From assembly GCF_002310835.1 (NCBI RefSeq), contig NZ_CP011041.1, positions 1,260,001 through 1,292,000 on the forward strand: a stretch of DNA of 32,000 nt. The letters run 5' to 3'. Origin of the DNA: Pseudoalteromonas tetraodonis (GTDB lineage Bacteria > Pseudomonadota > Gammaproteobacteria > Enterobacterales > Alteromonadaceae). The notes beneath the pieces were generated by a model. That model was not told the DNA's origin. It was given only the letters and a program-made list of their open reading frames with translations, and ran no database searches. Positions 8,420 through 17,765 of this stretch are shown here, piece by piece. A program made the position numbers and the translations under genes. Each line of letters begins with the position of its first letter. Position 1 is the stretch's first letter.

Positions 8420-11380
8420 TTAAAAACGGTAGCTAATACTTAATTTGTAATTAGCACCTAGGGCATTATGGTTGATTGAATCAAAGCCACGGCTTGAACC
8501 ATAAAGTGTGGGTGGCTCTTTATCAAAAATATTATTGATGCGCGCGCGCAAAGTCAGCGATTTATTAACATAGTAACCCGCTGATAAATCCCAAACGAGC
8601 CAGTCATCAACCTGATGCTCACCTTTTGAGTCTAATACGCCAAGTGAATCTAGCTCATCAATTTCACGGCTACGCAGGCCTTCTATATCATCCTCGTAGC
8701 TGCTGGTGTAGTTTGCACCTAAGTTAAGGTAGTAACTTTGCGCTTCCCAATCTATTGACATACGCGCAATATTTTCAGGATAACGATATGTACCCACTAG
8801 CTTTTCAATTGAGTCTGAGCCCGGTTTGTTGCGTTCAAATTCAAGGTAGTGAGTACCGTCAAAAGCGAAGGTTAAGTCGCCGCCAGATAACGCAAAGCGA
8901 TGGTCAAATTTAATATCAATACCCGCTAACGTTTGTGTACCAGTGTTTTCAAGCGGAATGACATGGTCGCGGAATAAGGGTAAGTAGTCTTCACCAGGAC
9001 GGGGATTAAAGTTATCTGGGTTTTTATCGCCAGCTTTGTTATCTTCATCAACATAGTTAGCTAAAATCTCAGTTAAATTAGCGCCGTCTTGCTCTATGTT
9101 TAAACCACTGTTGTCGGTGACATCACATAATGCTTCATCGTACGATATGCCTTGCTCGCCCGGTGGTACAATGCCACAGTGACGAAGTGATGCATCGGTT
9201 ATGGCGCGATCTAACACAGCGGTCATGTTGGTATCGATTACTTCTTCATGATCAAACTGCCAATAATCAATGGTTAAATTAGTATTAGCCGAGGGACTCC
9301 ATGCAAAACCAACACTAATAGCCTCAGATTCTTCTGCATTTAGATTTGGGTTACCTAACTCTAACGAATTAACACTCACTTGGGTGCCATCACCCATACA
9401 GTATAAATCGGCTACAGCTTGGTTTGCACCACAGTCAAAAGTAGATTGTGTGGTTCTTAATTTAACGCCAGCCTGTGTTAATGATGGTGCTCTAAACGAG
9501 GTTGACCATGAACCACGAACAACTAACGAATCAGTTGGGCGATAGCTCAAACCTATTTTAGGATTAAAGGTGCCACCAAAATCATCGTAATGATCGTATC
9601 GACCTGCTGCTTGCAGCTCTATTTGCTCTGTGAGTGAAATACTTAATTCAGCAAACGCTGCATATTGAGTGCGATCGGCTTCTGATAAACTAGAGCCAAA
9701 GCCAAATACATCAACAAGATAGTCTTTATCTGCTTGAGCTTGTGAATCAAGCGAAGGAATGTCGCTTAGCTCTTCACGGCGTGCTTCTACCCCAAATGAG
9801 GCATAGGCAGGCAGGTCGTTAAAGGTAAATAGCTCACCATTAAAATTAGCATCCCAGCCGTAAACTGTACTTTCTCCGCTGCGTGTTGGGCGAGCTTGCG
9901 CTGTTGCCAAAACGGCATCATTAGCGGCGTCGCCTTGAAGGAAAGGGTTGTAAAAAGGCAGCAGTTCTCCCGATGCACAGTTTAAGTCAGTACCGTCATA
10001 ACTTGCCAGCGTACCGTCTGAACATAGCTCGCCGGTGATAGCGCCATGGAACTGGTAACGATTATAAACTCCTGCAATCGCTTCTTGCTCTGAACGTGAG
10101 CGAGAAAAGGTTACCCCAGATTCCCAACCCCAATCACCAATTTCACCACTTAGACTGCTTACCAAGCGAAAGTTTTTCGTTTCTACTTCCACCGTTCTTG
10201 GGGCATTAAAGCGCGCATCAAATGCAAAACCATACACTTCTCGACCACTTTGGGTATCAAATGGGTCAATGTAGAGTTGATCTAATAAATCATTACTACC
10301 ATCGGCATTATCGTAAATAAATAAGGCGTCTTCTAAAACATACGGGCCGTCGTCGTCATTAATTTGGTTAATAGGTGAGGGCGATGAGTACGCTTTTGCC
10401 TTGGTCTGACTGTAAAAAAAGTCAGTATGCCATTGCATACCACCAAGCTCACTATTAAACATAAAGCCGGTTGAAATGCTTTCAAATGGCGTTTCTAGGT
10501 AATCATCTTGATTAGGGTAGTAAGCACAAATTTGTTCATCTAATTCAGTAGTAACTAATTCGGTTTTGCAGTTTGGTGATGGAAGTTCGTTACCATCTCG
10601 GCTGCTGAAATAATAAATATTAGGTGAGTTCTCCAGCTTAGGTAAATAGGAGTAACCATTCACTAAAGAGGGAGAGGCCGTGTAATTACGATCGGTCGCT
10701 TTAAAAGCGTTACGGTCATATATATCAGCAAATACCGTTAAATTACTTTCGCCTATTTTTGTACCATAAACTAAGTTTAATTGTTTTTTACTTTCGTCAT
10801 GCTGATCAAAGCTATCGGCAAACGAAGTATTGATTTCAGCGCCTTCAAAATCATCTTTTAAAATATAGTTAATAACACCTGCCACAGCATCGGCACCATA
10901 AACGGCTGATGCGCCTGTGGCTAAAATATCAATGCGCTCAATGGCGGCTAGTGGAATAGAGTTTACATCTACAAAGTTTTCAGTACCTGCAGCAAATGAA
11001 CTAGGTGCAACTCTTCGCCCATTTATTAATGTCAGCGTTGCTGATGGCCCCATGCCTCTTAAGCTCGCAGCTGATTGACCCGCTGGTGTTGAGGTAGACG
11101 TACCGCCACTTTCAGAGGTTGAAAATGTGCCGCTTCCGCCCTTAAAAACAGATAAATCTTTGAGTAATTCATGAATGGTATTAGCGCCAGAGCGTTTGAT
11201 TGCATCTTGGTCTAGTACGGTTAATGGGATAGTTCCTTCAAGATCAACGCCTTTTAAGCGAGATCCTGTTACTTCTACTCGTTCAATGTTGGTGTCGGTG
11301 TTGGTTTCTTGTGCATGTGCAAAAGTGATCGGGTTCAGTAATGCGCTTACTGTGGCCGCAATTGTTAGTTGACGAAACAT
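8420..11380 (-). CDS. TonB-dependent outer-membrane receptor (large, 986 aa)
   Basis: Signal peptide ending AHA/QE, plug region (ERVEVTGSRLKG...IPLTVLDQDAIKRSGANTIHELLKDL), long beta-barrel, and a C-terminal aromatic residue (..SISYRF). Confidence 0.92.
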   Translation of the reverse strand: MFRQLTIAATVSALLNPITFAHAQETNTDTNIERVEVTGSRLKGVDLEGTIPLTVLDQDAIKRSGANTIHELLKDLSVFKGGSGTFSTSESGGTSTSTPAGQSAASLRGMGPSATLTLINGRRVAPSSFAAGTENFVDVNSIPLAAIERIDILATGASAVYGADAVAGVINYILKDDFEGAEINTSFADSFDQHDESKKQLNLVYGTKIGESNLTVFADIYDRNAFKATDRNYTASPSLVNGYSYLPKLENSPNIYYFSSRDGNELPSPNCKTELVTTELDEQICAYYPNQDDYLETPFESISTGFMFNSELGGMQWHTDFFYSQTKAKAYSSPSPINQINDDDGPYVLEDALFIYDNADGSNDLLDQLYIDPFDTQSGREVYGFAFDARFNAPRTVEVETKNFRLVSSLSGEIGDWGWESGVTFSRSRSEQEAIAGVYNRYQFHGAITGELCSDGTLASYDGTDLNCASGELLPFYNPFLQGDAANDAVLATAQARPTRSGESTVYGWDANFNGELFTFNDLPAYASFGVEARREELSDIPSLDSQAQADKDYLVDVFGFGSSLSEADRTQYAAFAELSISLTEQIELQAAGRYDHYDDFGGTFNPKIGLSYRPTDSLVVRGSWSTSFRAPSLTQAGVKLRTTQSTFDCGANQAVADLYCMGDGTQVSVNSLELGNPNLNAEESEAISVGFAWSPSANTNLTIDYWQFDHEEVIDTNMTAVLDRAITDASLRHCGIVPPGEQGISYDEALCDVTDNSGLNIEQDGANLTEILANYVDEDNKAGDKNPDNFNPRPGEDYLPLFRDHVIPLENTGTQTLAGIDIKFDHRFALSGGDLTFAFDGTHYLEFERNKPGSDSIEKLVGTYRYPENIARMSIDWEAQSYYLNLGANYTSSYEDDIEGLRSREIDELDSLGVLDSKGEHQVDDWLVWDLSAGYYVNKSLTLRARINNIFDKEPPTLYGSSRGFDSINHNALGANYKLSISYRF

Positions 11381-11729
11381 CTTAAATACCTTTTGTCTTT
11401 TAAGCGCACAAAAACATACAAACAGATCTGTGGCTTTTAATTGTTATATTTTTAGACAGGGCAGTGGTGAAATGACACGCTAAGCCCCTCACTGTGAAAA
11501 AGTGAGGTGGTGGGCTACTCGTCAAACCACTCCGAAAGATAGTGTGGTGAGTAGAAATATGTTGTAAGCAAACGTGCTTTTTTAAACATAATTCTCATTC
11601 CAAAAGGTTTTTGACAAAGCCAGCAAAGGGGTGCTAGCTTACTCGCGTTTTAAAGTTCCTTTTTTTTATAGCAAGTGAGAGACGCTCTCGCAAGTTATTT
11701 CTTATAATTTTTTACATGAGTATAACATA

Positions 11730-13430
11730 ATGGAACGAATATATTTACCAAACAAACGGTTAGCTAAATCGCGCATAATAACGGCTCTTTTTTCGTTTTT
11801 TATTGCTTTTTCGCTGCAGTTAAGCGCAAAAGAATCTGAACAAACGTTAGTATTAGTCGGCGGTGCACTCACAACGTGTGCTAGTTTAAGCCCTAAAAAT
11901 TGTGAAAAAAACACACAAATTCCGGGTAAAATACATAATGTATTTACGCTCTCCCACGCTAAAATTAGTCAAATAAAGCAACAATGGCCAAGTAAAAATA
12001 CGCAAGCTAAAAACAAAACTATTAAAAATTTAGCAACAATGCAGGCTAAATCATCACCCACATTGTCAAAAAAAGAGCTGTTATGGTTATGGCGCGATAT
12101 TGATAGTAAACAGCTCAATAGTTTAACGGATCAAGAATACAATTTTGTAATAGATATGCTTGAAGTAGCGCAGCTGCAGGGCGACAATACGCGACTAAAA
12201 GAGCAGGTCAATACCGCGCTTAATAGCGAATCCGCCGCGACAGATATTTTGCAATTTATATCGGGCAGTTTAAAAGTAAAAAGTACTAACCCGAGCATAC
12301 TAGCCATTACCGCCTCAAGCAGAGACCCTTATGAATCTGCTGATTTTTACGAAGGATTACTTCGTTTTCCCAATATAAATTCACAATGGCTTGCATTAAC
12401 TCCTGCGCTTGCTAAAGCAATAACTACCAATAAATGTGATGATTTAAACACGCTTAGGCACTCTGAAATGGGGCTATATCAACGTGAACATATTTACCCT
12501 GATCGCACTCAAGCAGAATATTTGCTGTGTAAAAACGGCACAGGCGCTTTAGTGCAGCTAATCAAAAATAGTACCGGTGTTATGTTTAATGGCGGCGATC
12601 AAAGCTTAACGCGCAAGGTATTGTTTGATGAAAATAATCAGCCATATCCATGGACAAAAGCGTTACAGTCTCGCCCTGTTGTTGTAGGTACAAGTGCAGG
12701 CACCGCAGTGCAAAGTGGCGGGCAAGCGCACGGTGGTAATGTGGTTATGATCACTAATGGCACAAGTTTATCGGCATTGAAAGAAGGCGCGCAAGCCATT
12801 GATGCGCCCAGTGAGCGCTCAAACAGCGATAGTTTAACTTACAACCGCTTTGGGGGTTTAGGCACATTTAGTTACGGTGTACTCGATACACACTTTAGCG
12901 AGCGAAACCGTACATTAAGACTAGGCACTTTGCTCGACAGCTTTGGTGCAAATCAAGCTCAACCCGCATTTGGTTTTGGTGTAGACGAAACCACCGCCTT
13001 AGTGGTTATTAAATCTGAATCAGGGAATTTAATGACCGTAATTGGTAAAAATGGTGTGGTGATGGTTAAATCAACAGGGCAGGCTCAGGCTGAAACTAAA
13101 ACCTACAGTTACTCGTACTGGCCTGCTGGCAGTGTGATTGATATTAAAAATAATGATTTTACCTTAAGTCAGCGCAGTATTAGCCAAGCATTGCCAGCAA
13201 TTAAAATACCGCCTTTGCCGGTTCAGCGTTTCGGCAATATTTTAACGGATGCCAAATTGCGCTCTTTAACGCAAGCCATGTGCTTGAGCCAAGAACAAAC
13301 AGCTGTTGGTCAGCAAGATGCGTTTATTATTAGTCTATCAACTAAGCCTGAGTCGGCTTATCACCGTATTAGTGCTGAGCAGTATGGCTGTGCGGTGAGT
13401 AATTTAGAAATTTCAGTGAGTACCTTTTAA
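11730..13430 (+). CDS. Secreted peptidase S51, cyanophycinase-like, with a large inserted domain
   Basis: Signal peptide (..FSLQLSA/KE). S51/cyanophycinase motifs are LVLVGGA near the N-terminus, GGDQ (MFNGGDQSL), the nucleophile motif GTSAG (VVVGTSAGTAVQSG) and DTHFSERNRTLRLGTLL (compare the D.HF..R.R..RL block of CphB). 566 aa is about twice the CphB length as I recall it (about 270 aa). Confidence 0.75.
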   Translation: MERIYLPNKRLAKSRIITALFSFFIAFSLQLSAKESEQTLVLVGGALTTCASLSPKNCEKNTQIPGKIHNVFTLSHAKISQIKQQWPSKNTQAKNKTIKNLATMQAKSSPTLSKKELLWLWRDIDSKQLNSLTDQEYNFVIDMLEVAQLQGDNTRLKEQVNTALNSESAATDILQFISGSLKVKSTNPSILAITASSRDPYESADFYEGLLRFPNINSQWLALTPALAKAITTNKCDDLNTLRHSEMGLYQREHIYPDRTQAEYLLCKNGTGALVQLIKNSTGVMFNGGDQSLTRKVLFDENNQPYPWTKALQSRPVVVGTSAGTAVQSGGQAHGGNVVMITNGTSLSALKEGAQAIDAPSERSNSDSLTYNRFGGLGTFSYGVLDTHFSERNRTLRLGTLLDSFGANQAQPAFGFGVDETTALVVIKSESGNLMTVIGKNGVVMVKSTGQAQAETKTYSYSYWPAGSVIDIKNNDFTLSQRSISQALPAIKIPPLPVQRFGNILTDAKLRSLTQAMCLSQEQTAVGQQDAFIISLSTKPESAYHRISAEQYGCAVSNLEISVSTF

Positions 13431-13520
13431 TTTAATTAAACACGCTGCTTAGTTGATTTTAGATTAAGCGGCCATACTATACTTAAAGCGTGTTATTAAA
13501 TCACAACAAAAGGAAGGTTC

Positions 13521-14072
13521 ATGAGTAAAGTAGCGGTTATTTATTTTTCTGGATATGGCCATACCAAAAAAGTGGCGGAATTTGTGGCTGATGGAGCAAA
13601 CGCTCAGCTTATTGCAATCGATGAAAATGGTGATATTAAAGACACCGATTGGGATGCATTAAACAATGCAGACGCCATTATTTTTGGTGCACCTACCTAT
13701 ATGGGCTCATACCCTTGGCAGTTTAAAAAGTTTGTCGATGCCACCTCTAAAGTGTGGTTTACCATGGGTTGGAAAGATAAAGTGTTTGGCGGTTTTACTA
13801 ATAGCGGCAGCCTAAATGGCGACAAACAAGTCACCCTAATTAGTATGCAAACGTTAGCTTCACAGCATGGTGGACTTTGGGTAAGCCTAGGGTTACCACC
13901 CGCCAATAAATTGGAATCAACCCGTCAAGACATCAATAACTTAGGCGGTTCGGTTGGCGTATTAGTACAATCACCTACTGATGCTGACGAAACGGCTATT
14001 CCATCAGGCGATTTAGAAACGGCTCGTTTATACGGTGAGCGCGTTGCTGAAATAGCAAAACGATTAAAGTAA
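13521..14072 (+). CDS. Flavodoxin-like NAD(P)H:quinone oxidoreductase (WrbA-like)
   Basis: 183 aa with a good SD (aaggaagg). N-terminal FMN-binding pattern VAVIYFSGYGHTKKVAE and GAPTYMG. Confidence 0.8.
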   Translation: MSKVAVIYFSGYGHTKKVAEFVADGANAQLIAIDENGDIKDTDWDALNNADAIIFGAPTYMGSYPWQFKKFVDATSKVWFTMGWKDKVFGGFTNSGSLNGDKQVTLISMQTLASQHGGLWVSLGLPPANKLESTRQDINNLGGSVGVLVQSPTDADETAIPSGDLETARLYGERVAEIAKRLK

Positions 14073-14103
14073 AAATGACCTAAATTAAGTTTATTTAATC
14101 CGT

Positions 14104-14132
14104 AAAGCCACACTTAATTAGTGTGGCTTTTT
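14104..14132. terminator. Bidirectional rho-independent terminator
   Basis: Stem aaagccacac / gtgtggcttt followed by a T-run on the plus strand, abutting the stop of the minus-strand ORF. Confidence 0.75.
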
Positions 14133-14724
14133 AGTTTGATAGCCCCAGTTCTTGCTTATGCTCAAGTTGATATAAGCTTGAATATTCACGTTTATGCACT
14201 TCAAATAAATACGCTCTCAGTTGCTCTTTACCATGGTGAATATGCTTTATTTTAGCTGCTATGCCACACTCACTGTGCCTAACGGGTTCTATGTCTAATG
14301 ATATAGCCGCTTCATTGGGTAAAATAAATTGCATATTTTGTAACTCATCAAGTTCACTGTTTATTGATGTGGGTTTTAAAAATATTCCTGTGCTTGAGAT
14401 AGATTCAATGCAAAAACCTTGGCTTTGAATATTTAATTCACTTAATCGCCAGCTACGTTGAGTGCCTTTAGTATCAATCACTTCTGGGGCTGCTAACACA
14501 GTACTGAAATGGCCTAATTCATCAGTTTTAAATTGAAGTGGAAACCACAGTTGGTAATGAGCTACTTCTGCTAATAGGGTTAATTTAGCCTGACCAAGTA
14601 AATGCGCAATACCATCTGGTATTGATGTTTGTACTGTTAGTTTTGTTTCATTAATTAATGCTGTACTTTGACTAGGTTCAAACAACCCAGATAAAAAGTT
14701 AATTTCTTCGTCAGACAAATCCAT
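14131..14724 (-). CDS. Hypothetical protein, possibly a non-canonical PilZ-domain protein
   Basis: 197 aa with a strong SD (aaggaaaa, 7 nt upstream). QRSWRL, followed about 20 residues later by SISSTGIFL, resembles degenerate forms of the PilZ motifs RxxxR and D/NxSxxG. Confidence 0.55.
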   Translation of the reverse strand: MDLSDEEINFLSGLFEPSQSTALINETKLTVQTSIPDGIAHLLGQAKLTLLAEVAHYQLWFPLQFKTDELGHFSTVLAAPEVIDTKGTQRSWRLSELNIQSQGFCIESISSTGIFLKPTSINSELDELQNMQFILPNEAAISLDIEPVRHSECGIAAKIKHIHHGKEQLRAYLFEVHKREYSSLYQLEHKQELGLSN

Positions 14725-15112
14725 GTATTTTCCTTAATACGTAAATCGTAGATTCTATTCCTTACAAGGTTACTGCCCAATGAATGACCAGTTTATTATT
14801 TTGTAAGATTTGGCCTGTACGGCTTTATTTTTATACAATTTATAATCTCAGCTTTCCTGGCTGGATTTATAAGCAATTGATTTAAATTAATTATATTTTC
14901 TTTTAAGCTTGTTTAGTTAAATCACTGAATAAATCTTTTGGTATTCTAACCCCAATAACAGCAATAAGTTAAGTAATAAAGTGTACAAAATTAAAGCGCT
15001 CTGCAACGTTTTTATACCAACTATGCGTAAATGAGACTTAGGTCTAGCTTACGAAGCATAAGGAAATACTTAGAATAGCGCCCAAATAATAATGGGGTTT
15101 AAGGGGTTCCAA

Positions 15113-16606
15113 ATGCAATTAGAACGAATTCGTCGTAGTGACTTACACAACAAAGTGATGTCTGCAGAGCAGGCCAGTTTATTTATTAAAGACGGCATGA
15201 CCGTGGGCATGAGTGGCTTTACTCGTGCTGGTGAAGCGAAAGCTGTACCACGTGCACTTGCCGAGCGTGTACGTGAAAACCCAATGAAAATTAACCTAAT
15301 GACGGGCGCGTCATTAGGTAACGACTTAGATAAGCTACTTACTGAATCAGGTGCGTTAGCGCGTCGTATGCCATTTCAGGTAGACAGCACATTACGTAAA
15401 GCAATTAACAACGGTGAGGTCATGTTTATTGACCAGCATTTATCAGAAACTGTTGAACAGTTACGTAATCATCAGTTAACTATGCCAGATGTAGCGGTCA
15501 TTGAAGCCGTAGCTATTACAGAAGAAGGCCACATAGTACCTACAACGTCAGTGGGGAACTCAGCAAGCTTTGCTATTTTTGCTAAAGAAGTAATTGTAGA
15601 AATTAACATGTTACATCAGCCAGAGCTTGAAGGGCTGCACGACATATACATTCCATCGTACCGTCCAACGCGCACTCCAGTGCCGCTAGTGAAAGTAGAT
15701 GACCGTATCGGTAGTGCTGCTATTCCAATCGATCCGGCTAAAATTGTGGGTATTGTATTTACTAATCAAAGTGACTCATTTTCAACAGTAACCGACCCAG
15801 ATGCCGATACCGCCTCTATTGCACGCCATTTAGTTAACTTTTTTAAAGAAGAAGTAGCACAACAGCGCATGCCTGCAAACTTAGGCCCATTACAAGCGGG
15901 TATTGGTAACATAGCCAATGCAGTCATGATGGGTTTATTAGACTCAGATTTTAAAGACCTCACTATGTACTCAGAGGTACTACAAGATTCTACCTTTGAC
16001 TTAATTGATGCGGGTAAACTTAATTTTGCCTCTGGGTGTTCAATTATTTTATCAGAGCGTTGTAACGCACAAGTATTTAATAACCTTGAAAAGTACCGCG
16101 ATAAGCTAGTACTTCGCCCACAAGAAATGTCGAATCACCCTGAAATTGTGCGTCGTTTAGGTATTATTGCAATTAACACGGCACTTGAGTTTGATATATA
16201 TGGCAACGTTAACTCAACTCATGTGTGTGGTACTAAAATGATGAACGGTATTGGTGGTTCAGGCGACTTTGCACGTAATGCGCATGTATCGGTGTTTGTA
16301 ACTAAATCAATTGCTAAAGGCGGCGCTATTTCAAGCGTGGTACCTATGGTAAGCCACGTCGATCATACCGAGCACGATGTTGATATTTTAGTGACCGAGC
16401 AAGGCCTTGCTGATTTACGTGGATTAGCGCCACGCGAACGGGCTGTTGAAGTAATTAAACACTGTGTACACCCAGATTATCGCAACGCTATGCTTGATTA
16501 CTACGAGCGTGCTTGTGTACGTGGCGGCCATACGCCCCACCTTTTAGAAGAAGCGTTTAGCTGGCATACCCGCCTTGAACAACAAGGCACAATGAAGCAA
16601 AGCTAA
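15113..16606 (+). CDS. Acetyl-CoA hydrolase/transferase family enzyme (succinate/acetate CoA-transferase type)
   Basis: About 497 aa. The N-terminus (MQLERIRRSDLHNKVMSAEQASLFIKDGMTVGMSGFT) and the GIGGSGDF block are typical of the family. I prefer the ATG at 15113 (SD aagggg, 6 nt upstream) over the listed 15092. Confidence 0.85.
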   Translation: MQLERIRRSDLHNKVMSAEQASLFIKDGMTVGMSGFTRAGEAKAVPRALAERVRENPMKINLMTGASLGNDLDKLLTESGALARRMPFQVDSTLRKAINNGEVMFIDQHLSETVEQLRNHQLTMPDVAVIEAVAITEEGHIVPTTSVGNSASFAIFAKEVIVEINMLHQPELEGLHDIYIPSYRPTRTPVPLVKVDDRIGSAAIPIDPAKIVGIVFTNQSDSFSTVTDPDADTASIARHLVNFFKEEVAQQRMPANLGPLQAGIGNIANAVMMGLLDSDFKDLTMYSEVLQDSTFDLIDAGKLNFASGCSIILSERCNAQVFNNLEKYRDKLVLRPQEMSNHPEIVRRLGIIAINTALEFDIYGNVNSTHVCGTKMMNGIGGSGDFARNAHVSVFVTKSIAKGGAISSVVPMVSHVDHTEHDVDILVTEQGLADLRGLAPRERAVEVIKHCVHPDYRNAMLDYYERACVRGGHTPHLLEEAFSWHTRLEQQGTMKQS

Positions 16607-16611
16607 TACTT

Positions 16612-16637
16612 AAAACCCCGCATTTGCGGGGTTTTTA
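16612..16637 (+). terminator. Rho-independent terminator
   Basis: aaaaccccgc-attt-gcggggttttt directly after the CoA-transferase stop. Confidence 0.85.
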
Positions 16638-16775
16638 CAAATACTTTTAATTTTGCTTTACAGAATGTTGTTATGACTTTGCCTATAAGGTGGTTTAAGT
16701 TTTTACTATGTGCTGTAAAATAACCGCATATTATTGACAGACTCGCTATGGCGAGCAACACATAGAGCAACCACA

Positions 16776-17024
16776 ATGGAAAACAAACTAACTGCAATCT
16801 ACACCCTCGCTGAACTTGAAAGCTTTTTACTGCAAGTTGAAAACGGCGGCTTAGGTTTAACCGGCGTAGCAGGCGTGGGCATGGCAACTAACAATGCTGA
16901 CGGCAGCCGTTTTGTTGCGGTGTTTGATGACAAGCAACAACTTTTATTAGCACGCGAAATTACCGAAGAGATTTTTCAAAGCGGCCAAGACATGGTGCGC
17001 AACGGCGTAGGGCGTAAGCATTAA
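16776..17024 (+). CDS. Small hypothetical protein (83 aa)
   Basis: The ORF has ordinary amino-acid composition and its own strong terminator. I prefer the ATG at 16776 over the upstream TTG. No family recognised. Confidence 0.5.
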   Translation: MENKLTAIYTLAELESFLLQVENGGLGLTGVAGVGMATNNADGSRFVAVFDDKQQLLLAREITEEIFQSGQDMVRNGVGRKH

Positions 17025-17041
17025 TTCCTTGCTACTAATCT

Positions 17042-17067
17042 AAAAAGCGCCAAATGGCGCTTTTTTT
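17042..17067 (+). terminator. Rho-independent terminator
   Basis: aaaaagcgcc-aaat-ggcgc followed by T7. Confidence 0.85.
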
Positions 17068-17205
17068 GTGGTTTATTTTAAACAGTTGTTAAATATAAAA
17101 TAAATTTATACTAACGGTGCTCTTTGTAATGGTTTTACTATATAGAAACAAATAATCGATAAGGTGAGATTATGATGATTCAACCGTTATTAGGTGTTAG
17201 TTAGT

Positions 17206-17748
17206 ATGGACTTTATTGCTACCGCATTTTTCTTTTTAGTTCTTCTAATCGCTTTATCTATTGTTTGGAGCACGCTAAAAACGGGAATTTCACCGATGAT
17301 GAGCTCAAGCAAAGCGCGACAAGCTATGCTTAATGCAATAAGCATGGATGAAAAAGGCGCATTAATTGATTTAGGTTCAGGTTGGGGAACGCTCGTTATA
17401 GCGGTTGCCAAAAAGCATCCTAATAAACAGGTTATTGGCTATGAGTTATCGTGGTTTCCCTGGTTAATTTCAATGCTTTTTAAATATAGTTTAGGTTTAG
17501 ATAACCTTACCCTCTATCGTAAAGACTTTAAAAATGCCGATTTTAGTACAGTGTCTACTCTGGTGTGTTACTTGTTTCCAGGTGGTATGGTAGCGCTTGA
17601 AGAAAAGTTAAAACATGACGTAGTTAATAATAAAATCACTATTGTGAGTAACACCTTCGCTTTGCCATCATACAAACCAACTAACGTTATCAAGCTTAAA
17701 GATTTTTACCAAACACCGATTTATGTGTATCACTGGCAACCCAAATAG
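17206..17748 (+). CDS. Membrane-anchored class I SAM-dependent methyltransferase
   Basis: N-terminal TM helix (FIATAFFFLVLLIALSIVW) and SAM motif I LIDLGSGWGTLVIAV. I prefer the ATG at 17206 (aggtg 9 nt upstream) over the GTG at 17194. Confidence 0.8.
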   Translation: MDFIATAFFFLVLLIALSIVWSTLKTGISPMMSSSKARQAMLNAISMDEKGALIDLGSGWGTLVIAVAKKHPNKQVIGYELSWFPWLISMLFKYSLGLDNLTLYRKDFKNADFSTVSTLVCYLFPGGMVALEEKLKHDVVNNKITIVSNTFALPSYKPTNVIKLKDFYQTPIYVYHWQPK

Positions 17749-17765
17749 ATGAGTATTATTTAGGG

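Noticed and set aside
7248-11372. Short opposite-strand ORFs inside the permease and TBDR genes (7248..7463, 9270..9545, 11175..11372) and the alternate-frame same-strand ORF 9787..9978
   Set aside because: These are shadow ORFs within strongly supported CDSs.
11400-11700. Possible cobalamin or other riboswitch in the TBDR leader
   Set aside because: TBDR genes often carry B12 riboswitches, but I found no B12-box-like core or other recognisable riboswitch consensus. It is kept only as a generic structured-leader observation.
16603-16887. 94-aa minus-strand ORF
   Set aside because: It is Arg/Leu/Cys-rich, begins within the downstream small gene, and runs through the upstream terminator. The plus-strand 83-aa ORF with its own terminator is more plausible.
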